Below, one piece after another: positions 1 through 11,860 of a DNA stretch of 64,000 nucleotides (its first letter is position 1; each line of letters begins with the position of its first letter). Below the pieces are notes generated by a model. That model saw only the letters and a list, made by a program, of their open reading frames with translations. It was not told where the DNA came from and did not search any database. Source of the stretch: Felis catus (lineage: Eukaryota); the NCBI RefSeq assembly GCF_018350175.1, contig NC_058368.1, forward strand, positions 58,158,001-58,222,000. Reading direction: 5' to 3'. The position numbers and the translations under genes are program-made.

Positions 1-197
1 ATAGTTAATGATGCTAAGAGAGTTGATTTTAAAAGTTCTTAATCACAATAATTTGTTTTGTTACTATTTAAGGTGATGGATGTTAACCATACTTATTGTG
101 GTGATTATTTTGCAGTGTGTACAGATATCAAATCATTATGCTGTACACCTGAACCTAATATAATATTGTATGTCAGTTATACTTCAATTTTTTAAAA
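1..197 (+). mobile_element. L1 3' end fragment (L1MA-like)
   Basis: Typical L1MA 3'UTR motifs: GGTGATGGATGTTAAC..TTATTGTGGTGATTATTTTGCA..ATCAAATCATTATGCTGTACACCTGAA, then an A-rich end. Cut by the window start. Confidence 0.8.
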
Positions 198-224
198 ATG
201 CTAAAATTTAAAAAAATAATGTAT

Positions 225-395
225 CAAAATTGGTTTATTAATCAAAACAAATGTACTACATGAAGGAAAGTTATGATAACAGGGGAAATTCTGAATGGGG
301 AGGAGCATGTATATGGGAACTCATGGTACTCCTCATTGATTTTTTTCTGTAAATTTGTAAATGACCTAAAACATAAGCTCTGTGAAGTAAAAAAA
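225..395 (+). mobile_element. Old L1 (L1MB/MC-like) 3' end fragment
   Basis: ACAAATGTACTACA..ATAACAGGGGAAA..GTATATGGGAACTC..TTTTTCTGTAAA resembles old L1M 3' ends. Confidence 0.55.
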
Positions 396-729
396 CAACA
401 TAATATAGTACTCTGTTGAATATAGTACTAAATACATATAATTGAAATTGTAGGCTGGATGCAGTGTCAGTTTCTGGCTGTCTCTAATCTCTGCATAAAG
501 CTAAAAGGCAAGGTTTAATTAAATATTTAAGTTAGTGTGAAATTTTATCAAATTAGTACTTAAACATATTTTAAGACCTCAAAAGGCACTAACAGGTATT
601 AGGAGGGGAAAAAAGCATTTGTCTGTCCCAAATCTAGTTGTTCCTTAGACTAATACACCAGAAACAGCAACTCTCCAGTCACTTAGTATTTAACTGTATA
701 ATTGTAAATACAATTTTATTTTGCTATTT

Positions 730-786
730 AAAAAAATAATGTTTATTTATTTTTGAGAGAGAGAGACAGAGTGTGAGGGAGGGAGG

Positions 787-825
<39 letters not shown>

Positions 826-950
826 TGAAGCAGGCTCCAGGCTCTAACCTGTCAGCACAGAGCCCAACGCGGGGCTCAAACTCACTAACTGCGAGATCAT
901 GACCTCAACCAAAGTCAGATGCTTAACTGACTGAGCCACTCGGGCACCCC
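730..950 (-). mobile_element. Can-SINE (SINEC_Fc-type)
   Basis: Reverse complement of the GGGGTGCCCGAGTGGCTCAGTCAGTTAAGC head, (CT)n linker and AATAAA tail. Partial TSD TTGCTATTT (721-729/955-963). Confidence 0.95.
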
Positions 951-1365
951 AATCTTGCTATTTTTTTTAATTTAAAAAGTAAGCACTACTTATTTTCATA
1001 TCATAGAAAATAATGGTTTATCTTTTTAACACTTTTTAGCATTTCAAACAAAGAGACACATATGTGCACCTACACAGATATACACAATGCTCTTTCCCAA
1101 TCATTTCATGAAATTGTTATTTATTTTCACATTTACAAATATATAATAGTTGGCAGAATTAATTCTTTATAGTTACATCTCCTTTTTTCTTTTTTTTAAG
1201 TTAATTTTAATTTCCAAACTTACTTATGTATTTCTCCACTTGCTTAATTTATTAGGTAACAGATTGTTTTCTTCTAAAATTTCTAAAATAATGTCAATAC
1301 ATATAAATATGTTTAAATATAAAATCATCTAGATGTTTTATTTCTTGGAGTTATCTTTCACAGAT

Positions 1366-1550
1366 AAGGTAACTTAGATTTAGCAAATAAAAATAAAAGA
1401 TACTCAGTTGAACTTGTATGTCAAATGAGTAGCTATTTTTTAGTATAAATATGTCCAATGAATTATTTGGGACATTTTATACTAAAAAAGTAGTTTATCT
1501 GAAATTGAAAGCTCACTGGAATCCTCTGTTATTTATCAACTGTACCCCCT
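1366..1550. mobile_element. MER53-like palindromic MITE (hAT family)
   Basis: AGATTTAGCAAATAAAAATA..CAGTT..TTTTTAGTATAAATATGTCCAATGAATTATTTGGGACATTTTATACTAAAAAA..GTTTATCTGAAATT matches the recalled MER53 consensus. The central inverted repeat is directly visible. Confidence 0.8.
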
Positions 1551-1835
1551 GGGTGTTTTTGTTTACCTGCTTTGATATGAAGTTTTGTTACCGGTACTGC
1601 TCACTTAAGTGGTATCTTCCAATTTTGTTTTACTGTCTTCTTGATGATTATCTTTATGTGTCTTTTGTCATGAACTCTCTAACTTCTGCATTCAATATTT
1701 TCATTTTTCATGATTTCATTGAAAACATCGTCTGGTAGTTCCATGGCATGGCAAATGGGAGTCATTTCTGAGAGTGCATATTTAATCTGTATTTGATTAA
1801 TAGTTTGGCCATATACAGAGTTCTAACTGTATATG

Positions 1836-1837
<2 letters not shown>

Positions 1838-1872
<35 letters not shown>

Positions 1873-1883
1873 GCACACACACA
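1838..1883. repeat. (CA)n microsatellite
   Basis: Direct reading. Confidence 0.97.
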
Positions 1884-4780
1884 TCCCCTATAGAATTTTA
1901 ATGTTTTCAATATAGCTTCCAGTTCTGCTGTTGAAAATTTCTTTACCATTCTGATATTTGATCATTTATTGAACTTTTCCCGCGTTTTTTTTCTTTTAAA
2001 TGTTTTAGAAATGTCTCTTAATACCTAATAAATTTTGTATCAATGTTTCTTGATGAGAGTATGCTTTATTCATTGTGTCTGGCCCTCAGTCTGAAAACTA
2101 CAGGGAAATAAAATCCACATTAGTGAATGACCACAATCAAGAGAGAAATTGTATAGTATAAAATCTGATTACATGAAATTAAAAATTGGGATAATTATGG
2201 AGAAATAATGGAATTTATTTTAAAATATAGAATGAGGGGCCAAAGGGTGTGTGCAGAATAATTCTGGGCCTATTTGTATCAGGGCTGGGAGAAAAAAAAA
2301 AGAAAGAAACTCTGCCACATAATAAAAATTTAGAGGTATCATTCACTGTCTTTGGGGGAGACTTGGGAATGTTCAGAAATGAGGTTAATGATTTAGGAAT
2401 TTTTTTGATAATGAATGTTGAATTCTAGATTGTATATTGGAAGAATTTTCAAAGTTAGGGAGCATAATATATGAGGAAATAAAATCTATGCAGAGAAGTA
2501 CTAAAAGTGGAGATAATGATGAGGAATAATTGCAAATGGGAGTTGTGTTGAGACCTGGAATTCTGGGACCTGTAGCGCTGATTTACATAAACAAGGATAA
2601 TGAATATAATGATATTAGGCATGATATCCTTAAGAATTTTAATAGTGACAACACTATTATTTTCTGTATTTTCTTTTGTCTTATATTTTGTTTATGTCAA
2701 TAAAAATGTACTATTATAATGGAGAAAAAAAGCAACTTTTACTAAATTATTGTCTGTAATACATAAAAATATATACATGTTTATTTTTATTTTTAAATTT
2801 TTTTTTACATTTTTATTACGTATTTTCCCTCAAGATAAAAATTGTACCAGGCACTATACCCCTGGGTGCCCTTTAGGGAGGCATTGAAATTTTAAAAAGT
2901 TAGTAAAATAATCTCAGCCTATTTTCAATGGTCTTAGAATTGTGTAAGGGAGAACTTTAAATAAAACGCAAAACTTGTCAGTAATGAATAATATGTCTTG
3001 TTTTATATCGCAGACTGCATGAATTTACTAGAGTCAAAAGTAAAAAAATAAAGCTCAAGGGTATGTTAATATAGAAAGGCTATGTCTCCAAATATGTATT
3101 GAAGATATTTTTCTGCATGCCTTTCCTAGAAATAGACTCATAATTCAAAACACTAGTGGTATGGATATCCCAGGTTCCTTCTTTTGTGTTGCAATAAGAG
3201 ATCACACAAATGAACTTTCTAGGAAAGTATATCTGGATCTACATTCCTAGGTGTGGTGATAGGCTAATGGAAAGGCTATTTTAATATGAGAAACACAACT
3301 TTCTCCTTCTTTAGGTCACCTATAAAAACAGAACAAAATATACATTCATAATCCCCAACTGTCTAAATTACCATACAGATAAAAGGATTTTAGTGGCTGG
3401 TTTTTGGCACCCTCTCTCATGATGAAAGTGGCAGACAATAGATACCAAAGTCATGATTTCTCTTGACTGTGACAAGACTTCTTTAGTGCCCAATTTTAAA
3501 GCTTATGTTTGTCTGCCAAAGGTTAGTAAAAAGTAGAATCAGATATGTAGTTATAAGCCAAATAAAAAGATTGAATATCTCAGCTTGTGAATGGAGACTG
3601 TCTAGATATATGGTTTTATTCACATCAATTTTTAGTACAAGGAGGTTGTTTATTTCTACTTCATTATCCCCAAAATAAAATCCCTGACATCACCAGAGGG
3701 GACATATTCTGGCAGTACCAGTACATTTCTCTATATTGCATAAATATCTCCCGAGATCTCTTTGTCATGTAAATCATTCCTTGTTCTGCATCATTGCTAC
3801 CCTTCTTTATTACTTCCTGAGGTCTTGTACCTGACTTCATGTTTCTAACCATGACAAATAGAGGCACGTGATCCTCTCTTAAGTTCCTGAAACATTACAA
3901 CTATTAGTGTTCCACAGACCAGCGCAAGGACACTCATTCTGCTCTTTCCTCTCTTCGAGGGTCAATCACCATATTGCAGAAAGCAACTAGCCTAACTTCT
4001 ATTGTGCATGTACTTATAACCACATACCCCTTGTGCAGTCCAGCTTCCATCACACCTAAGGAGATCCTCCTATGCAGCACCCCTGTGCAGTATAAACTGA
4101 ATGTATTTTAACTTACTGTTTTAGATTTTGCCAAGAACAATAATTAGAAACTTCCCCTATTTGTCTATGTTTAAACTATGCACAAAAATGTACCATACCA
4201 AAGAGAATGCCCTAAGCAGAAATTGTGATTTCTACCTTAAAATAACAGTTTGATTGCTTCAAAATTTAGTATCCAGAGCTTTTATAGGAATACACTTATT
4301 CATAAATATTTTGCGAAGAAATGAGGACAGGCTGTGTTACAAAACTCTGTCCGGATGATATTTTAAATGGTGGCCAGTATATAATTTTCTCTTATTCACA
4401 AGGATTTAAACATAAATAATGCAATTTATTTATGTGGTCACTGGCCCTTTCTGAGCAGAATCTCCTAATACGAACTTCTTTTGAGCTTCTTTCCATGTTT
4501 CTTTGAGCTGTGATTTGGGAAACAGACTTTCTATTCTATTTTGCCTGTCCTATGTCCTATAACAGAATTGTTTGTTTTCTTTTTTCTTTTTACCTCATTT
4601 TTACCTTCTATTTTTATTTTAGCCTTTCTAAATGCAGGGAGAATTTTAATTCAAAGATGGGAAGAATTTTTTTTCCTACTAAGTTACTGGCTGTGGATCA
4701 GCAAAAGCGTCAATTTAGTATATTTAGTAATTCCTAACCTGGAGCATAACTTAGCGTTGAGCTGCTTGACTTTGCACTGT

Positions 4781-5180
4781 CAGAATTAAACATTCATGAA
4801 TTTTATTAGAGAAAAATCCTGAAATGTCCCATGAGAGAAAATGGGAGGAGGCTGGTATAGCTGGAAGATCCACTATGCTGCCATGCAAATTTGATTCCAG
4901 ATGATGGAGAGAGACTAGGGATGTGTGTGAAAGACTCCTAGAATGTTTTTCAGTCTTAGAAATGTTGGGCACAGTGACTGGAGAGTTCTGGAGCCAAATT
5001 GGGCAATCCAATGAGTCCTATCTTCCAGGAATAGGCCAGCTTTAGGATCCTTGCCATTCTCAGTCATTAGTTGGGAGCAGATAGTGAAAACCTTGGCTTC
5101 GATGCAAACACAGTTGATGAATTTCAGTGCACAGAAGCTAGGGCTCTTGGTCAATTGTGCTCCCATTCTCATGCCCACCA
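4781..5180 (-). mobile_element. ERVL LTR (LTR41-like), copy 1
   Basis: Collinear motifs shared with 5922-6380 (TTTTATTAG, CCCATGAGA, GTCAyTrGTTGGGAG, ATTTCAGwGCAyAG, CTAGGGC, TGGTCAATT, TTCTCAT). Resembles recalled LTR41. Confidence 0.65.
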
Positions 5181-5921
5181 GAGTATACCTCTTGTGCTAA
5201 ACAGATCAGCTTCTCCACGTAGGATCAGGGTAGCTCTTTGGTGGTTTTCTGTAGCCTGTTTTTTTTTTAAAGGAAAAATTTAGAAAAGTGTTACTGCTAT
5301 GAATTTTAGCACCCATTGATGCAATTGATCTTGAAATTACAACTGATATCCTCCCCAAACACCATCATCCATTCTAAACCCCTCCCACTCTCAGTTATCT
5401 CTTCAGAGTCGTGCTGGCTTACTTAGTAGTATGACCCAAAACTTCATTCCAGATGGGCCTGATCCCTTGATAATCTTAACTTCCTTCTCAGCTCAAGGTT
5501 TCTGCATTTGTCTATTCACAGTTAAAATGGGGCATGGGAATACAGATGGAACAGAGGTTATCCAAGTAGATCAACTGGGTTCTATACATCTTCCTCCCTA
5601 CCCTATTGTCTAAGAACAGAATTCTTTCTCCTACTCATCAAGGTCAATTACATCTGACATCATAGTTCTTTGTGCTTGACTTGCAATCCCCAAGTACATG
5701 GATTCTGAAGTGACCTGCTGGTGGGCATAACTGATAGTTAAATTTTACCCTTCTGTCCCCTACCCAGTGCTACTCTGTGTGGGATTTCAAGCCTCTGGAT
5801 TAAGTATTGTTAGTTTCTGTGTTGTTGTCCTAGCCAAAGCTTTGTGTGTAACAAAAGCAAACCAGTATCTGGAGTAAATATCTATCACTCTGAGGGAAAA
5901 AAAAATCTGGTCCTTCCAGGA
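5181..5921 (-). mobile_element. Degenerate ERVL internal-region remnant
   Basis: Lies between two related LTRs. Starts with CCTCTTGTGCTAAACAGATC (resembles the ERVL-int 3' end) and has GAAGTGACC..GGCATAACT and GGTCCTTCCAGGAT motifs recalled from ERVL internals. No intact ORF. Confidence 0.5.
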
Positions 5922-6380
5922 TCCCACTTTGGAATTCTAGAAGTAAAGGCAAATGAAATTAAATGTAATTAAGTGTGCAAGAATTTTATTAGGGGAAATA
6001 CCCATGAGAAAAGTATGGGGTAAGATCTGGGAGCTGGAACAATCAAGGAGAACCATTGAATTGCAGTGCAGGTCTGATCCCAGTAAATGAGAGGGGGAAA
6101 GAAGGTTGGTGGAAGCTTTACAGACAGTAACAATTTACAGGAAGCTCATCCAGGCTGTGGAGTTCCTAATTCAAAGATGGCTGTCATTAGAGTCCCATGT
6201 CGCCCAGAACGGGTCTGCCTTTTTAGCTATATCTTACTTGGTCACTGGTTGGGAGGAGACTGTGGAAAGCATAGCCTTTAAGCACACATGGAAACGCATT
6301 TCAGAGCATAGCACCTAGGGCTTCTGGTCAATTATCCTCTCATAGTTGGAAAATCAGACAGTATGTTCTCATCACTGATG
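5922..6380 (-). mobile_element. ERVL LTR (LTR41-like), copy 2
   Basis: GTGTGCAAGAATTTTATTAGGGGAAATACCCATGAG..TGCAGGTCTGATCCC..AGAGTCCCATGTCGCCCAGAACGGGTCTGCCTT..ATTTCAGAGCATAGCA. Confidence 0.7.
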
Positions 6381-6858
6381 TACTTCTTATTCATTAAGTT
6401 GATAGTTCATGATAGTTGGTCAATACTTAATAGCTAAATAATACAATTGATTTAGTTAAAATTGTTACAAAGGTCATTTGAATTTATCTCTTTAGAATTG
6501 CCTTTAAAGTCCAGTTATGAAATGCAAAAGAAATCTACACTTGATTGCATTATAACTTATCCTTTTTAGTTAAAAAGTATTATTAAGTCCTGATACAACT
6601 TTTATTGCCAGAGTGTTTTTAAAACGTTGTTATTTCAAAACAATGTATTCACTTGGTAAATTAGTCCTACTGTTTTCATAAAATTTCTCTTATTTTGAAA
6701 AATGTTTTTCATAACATAAGTAGCATAAAAAATGTTACTTAACATGTAATGGGTTTGTTGTTGTAATTTTTAAATGAATCATTAAACACTTAAAATTTTA
6801 AGAATAATTTATTCAAAAAGGATGGTACATTCTTACCATTGAAGATCAAATTTATGTG

Positions 6859-6928
6859 TAAACTATGTGTATAGAAATATACATATAAACTATGTGTATA
6901 GAAATATACATATGTGTATAGAAATATA
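6859..6928. repeat. 27-bp tandem duplication plus partial third copy
   Basis: TAAACTATGTGTATAGAAATATACATA twice, then TGTGTATAGAAATATA. Confidence 0.9.
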
Positions 6929-7108
6929 AATGCTACGCATAGATGAACTCTATGTTAAAATGGCAAGAAATCAACACAAGGAGTAAGATATGATGTTCAT
7001 GCAATTCTATACATATTATTTTAATAAACTGATATTTCAGTATTTAATATGTAAAACAATCCAGAGTATATTTTGTGAACAAGCACATTAAATTTATTAT
7101 GACAACTA

Positions 7109-7266
7109 GGGCACCTGGGTATCTTAGTTGGTTAAGCGTCCGACTCTTGATCGCAGTTCAGTCTTGTTATTAGGATCATGAGTTCAAGCCCCACATTTTT
7201 TTTATTTAAAAAATAATAAAAAATGAATTACAATGCAAAAAATGACAATTTAGTATAAAAAATAAA
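7109..7266 (+). mobile_element. Can-SINE, 5' half only, with A/T-rich 3' segment
   Basis: SINE head GGGCACCTGGGT..TTCAAGCCCCAC ends near 7194. Flanking direct repeat TAAATTTATTA(TG/CA)ACAACT. Confidence 0.8.
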
Positions 7267-7385
7267 TAAATTTATTACAACAACTTTCATAAACTTTCAG
7301 CCTGCATTTTATAAAAAAAAATACCATCAAATAGTATCATGAAAAGTTATTAGGGACATTCTTTGAAGAAAAGAAAATTGAAGTT

Positions 7386-7817
7386 GGGATGCCTGGGTGG
7401 CTCAGCTGGTTGACTGTCCAACTCTTTTGTTTTTAATGTTTGTTTATTTATTTTGAGAGAGAGAGAGAGAAGGCAAGCAGAGGAGAGACAGAGAGAGAGG
7501 GAGACAGAATATCAAGCAAGTTCTGCACTGCCGGCATGGACCCCCACACGGGGCACCAACTGTAAGATCATGACTAGAGTCAATATCAAGAGTCAGATGT
7601 TTAACTGACTGAGCTATACAGGTGCCCCCAGCATCCAACTCTTGATCTCAGCTCAGGTCATGATCTCAGGATTGTGGGGTCAAGCCTTGTGTCAGGCTCT
7701 GTGCTGACAGCCTGACAGCTAGACCTGCTTGAAGTTCTCTCTCTCCCTCTCTCTCTTTGCCCCTCTCCTGTGTGGGAGGACTTTCTCTCTCCCTTTCTCT
7801 CAAAATAAATAAATTAA
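7386..7817 (+). mobile_element. Can-SINE (outer), interrupted by a nested SINE
   Basis: Head at 7386-7426; body resumes near 7630. TSD AAAATTGAAGT at 7374-7384 and 7818-7828. Confidence 0.9.
7427..7629 (-). mobile_element. Can-SINE (inner, nested, antisense)
   Basis: Full reverse SINE ending GGTGCCCCC. Duplicated host sequence TCCAACTCTT at 7417-7426 and 7634-7643. Confidence 0.9.
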
Positions 7818-9259
7818 AAAATTGAAGTACATTTGTGGATACCCTGATTACTCTCCTCTTACAGAGAGAAGTTACAGACTTTTGAATAGTTTTGAGAGAC
7901 AACACATACTACATGTATCATTTTACTTTCATATATTCTAGTTGACTTATTTTAGGTTGTATTTTCTTAATTTTGAAGGAATACCCACTTAAATAATAAA
8001 TGCTTGCATAGGATTGCTTGTATGTTTGAGTTGAAGATAATTTTCCTGGTTGTATAAACATTAATATAAAAAACATACATTTACAAATGTGATATATATA
8101 AATGTGTGTGATATAACATTTTAATTATTCTTTAGGAAATTTCTTGGAGAAACTTAAATGCATAACTAGTGCACAAGGACTAGTCTCTAATATTTGCAAA
8201 GTTGTTTTGCATCATATTCAATATATTACACATTCCCCTCAAATTTCACTAGATGGTGCTATGTATTAAATATAATAAATTTTATGTTCAGTAAAGGATA
8301 GTTCATTTTAATGAACTATCTTTTATTATCATTTTATTATATTTATGACTATTAAACAGGAAACTGGCATTAGATGACTCTGTTTTTAATGGCATTTATG
8401 GACCTCATTTATGGAGAGACATAATTGGAACAGGTGATGAGAAGGCAAAATGAAAAAGTGCAAAAGTCTTCCCCCTAACATGACTATTGAGGCTGTTTAA
8501 TGGTGTGTGAGAGCTTATCCAATTTGTCATGGTTCACACTCACCTGCTGTGTTTTCATATCTCTATTTTTGATGGATAATTGAGTTATAATTTATAAATT
8601 CCATATAAATCTTCTTTTCTAGAATGTGCAGTAATTATTGATGTACACTAATTGACCATTCAGAGTGGATCTGATGAGCCATAAAAAATGCAGGCAATTC
8701 CTTTTAAATTACATATCACAGGTGTTATCAGGCAAAACTTATTGAGATCTCTGTCAAAGAGGTCAAACGGAACTCTGAAAATGACAGAAACATAATAGTT
8801 ACCTTGTAAAAATAAGTAAGTACCTTTTAAGCCTGTGTCAGTAAACCATTCTTTTCTGATATATCCAAATTAGAAAACTTCTAGGATGCTGGCTAATATG
8901 ACATTGCATAGCAAAAAATTTAATTACTGTACTCAGTATTTAAACACCATTATTAAATGAGATGCAATATCCCCTAAAAAGAAAAAAAGGCAAATGTTTA
9001 TAATTGGTATGGAAGAAAACCAGGCCTTTTAGATCAAAGAGGATCTTGTTTTTGTTGTTGTTCTTGTTTTGTTTTGTTTTAATTTTCCTTAGGATTTAGC
9101 TGTAGAAGTTATTTTAAAAATAATGTATGAAGGAAAATGGCTTTGTCCTTTATTTTACACTTTTTATGATTCACTGACCATAAACTTTTCCCTCTTTCCT
9201 AAGATGGCTCTGTTCTTCCTGGACCTGCCAACCGCCCTGAACTAATGTGCTATCATCTT

Positions 9260-9545
9260 TCTGTGTTCACACTGAGTCCACTGCACACTGGCCCAATTTT
9301 GGAGAGTTCTAGAATCATATCAGTGTCATATGTGCTTTTCTTCATTTGTACCAGTTGTTCTTTCTGCCCAGGAAACTTTTACTTCAAATAACTCCATAAC
9401 TTTGCTATTTATCATCTGTCATATCCTACTAGAATTTAAGCTTCAGAAGAGGAAGAGCCTTTTGTGTCTTGTCCAAAGACATGTTTCCTGAACCCAGGAT
9501 ATACAGAGAACTGAACAGTAATTTGTGTTTGAAAGAATCAATATA
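9260..9545 (+). mobile_element. L2 3' fragment
   Basis: CCTACTAGAATTTAAGCTTCAGAAGAGGAAGAGCCTTTTGTGTCTTGTCC..TTTGAAAGAATCAAT resembles the L2a 3' end. Confidence 0.65.
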
Positions 9546-10677
9546 TTAGCTGAAACCAAAGGATGTTGGTCCATATGTATTTTAATTATAGCAAGTGAGT
9601 TCGAATGAGGAAACACTGTTGAAAGTGCATTTGTGTCTGCATATAGAGTGTCGTTTTTGTTTTTGTTTTTCCAAGCAGGTTTTGAGAAGAATTTTTTTCT
9701 CTTTGGAACCAGGATATTGAACTACTCTTTCATACACATCTGGATGTCAATAGAAGCCTTACTTTAATAACCTTTTTTTTAGAGATGTGTGTGTGTGTGC
9801 ATGTGTGTATGTGTGTGAGAGACATTACAAGTTTTAATTTCATATTTTTAAAAAATTATATAACTTCACAATCCTCTGTGGGTTTTTTAGAGTATGTTTT
9901 ATTCTTATTACGACTAACTTTTTTTAAGCACATCTAGTTTAAACTATGGTATCTACAGACAGATAATTTTTTTTAATTTAGATTAAGTTGTTTTCGTATG
10001 AGTACTGCTATTGATGATAGGGCATAAGATGTCTTTTTAAAAGTATAAATAGACAAAGGATTATGAGAATGCCAGTATCTGAATGGGAAATACCACATTT
10101 CTTGGGTCTACCGATTTAGGTGCGATTATAATCATGAATATAAATGCACTCTAATTCACATCTAACCTGATTAGAGCTGAATAAACTTTCAGAAGCTAAT
10201 CAATCAAGTGAAGTGTAAAACAACTGTATGTGTAAGTCATTACCCTTAGCAGGTTTTGGATATAATACGTGATTGCACTTCTTTTTTTTTTTCCTAAAAT
10301 GAAATTGTTAATGCATGAGCTGTTGTCAGTCCACTTATCAGTAGTTAGTTCTACTTGAAGTGTCTGCTACATGTCCTTTTGCAAATGACATTGATAAATT
10401 TGACCTCTGATTAGAGTAGTTATAATCCTGTTGTATATATACATAACTTGCCAAATAACATTCTGACCTTGGGAAGGTTCTCATTCTTCTCAGTGTTCAC
10501 CAGTGATAACATATTTTGAAATCACCCTTTGGAATTGTTAAGTAATTACAATTTCTGCCTTGAGTATTCACTGCTACAATTTATTCTGGCCCTATTGATA
10601 GTATGGAGAATGTTGTTGACATTACTGTTACTAACATAGAGAAAGTATTGACATTACAGTTGTTTTTTTTTATAGTC

Positions 10678-10793
10678 TATCTCTATATGAACAGCTATAA
10701 CATCTCCACCCATACATCTCCAGCTATAGCTATCTCTACATGAACATCTCCAGCTATAGGTATCTCTACATGAACAGCTATAACATCTCCACC
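10678..10793. repeat. Complex local duplication mosaic
   Basis: 33-bp unit at 10678-10710 and 10761-10793, with a 30-bp rearranged tandem unit between them. Confidence 0.85.
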
Positions 10794-11034
10794 TACTATC
10801 ATTGATATCAAAATAATCATTGAAACCTCCTTACTTATCAGAATCAGGTCCCCAGAGAAGGAAGGAAATTCTTCCTTGCCACTAATATTTCCTTACTGAC
10901 CTTTTTTTTGGATGTAGGAAAGTACATTTTTACCATGCGATAATCAGTAACAAAATGATATACACTGTATGTAGGTATACATATATATGTGTATATATGA
11001 GTATATTATATATATATATATATATATATTTCTC

Positions 11035-11818
11035 AAATATTTAGAAATTAAACAAAATATTTCTAAATAACTCATAGGTCAAAGAGAAAGTCTCAAGAGA
11101 AATAGAAGATATTTTTAGATAAATGAAAATGCAATATATAAAAAATTTCTTCAATGCTTAAACAGAAACTTATAACATTAAATGTGTTTATTAGACTGTA
11201 AGGCAAATCTGAAATAGATCTAAGGTACATCTTAGGAAAATAGATAAAAAAGAATAAGTTGAGCTCATACCTCACAGAATAAAAGAAAGCAAGAGAAAAG
11301 TGGTGAAACAAAATTTGGTTCTTTGAAAAAAGTATTAAACCTTTAGCAAAATTCACCACAGAATAACCCCCAAACACAAATTACTCATATCAGGAATGAA
11401 AGAGAGAATATCCCTGCATACTACATAGAAACTAGAGGATAATAAGTAAATGCTCTGAAAAACTCTATGATTGTAAAGTTGGTAATTTAAATGAAAAAGA
11501 GAAAACCCTTGAAATTCTCATACTACCAAAATATACTCAGGAAGAAATATATAACATGATAATATAATATCAACTTGAATTATCAGCCAAAATCTTCCAA
11601 TAAAGAAAGATGCCCAGAAAGTTTCACTGTTAAATTTTATAAATATTTAAGGATTAAATAATATCATTTATTAATCTTTAAAAAATGAGGAGAGGAGGAA
11701 ATATTTTCCAACTCATTTTATGCAATCAGCATTTCTTGATACCTAAACCCAACAAATTGTATGTAAACCACAAAACAATGTTCTTTATGAGTAGAGTTGC
11801 ACAAGTTCTTTGTAACAA

Positions 11819-11860
<42 letters not shown>

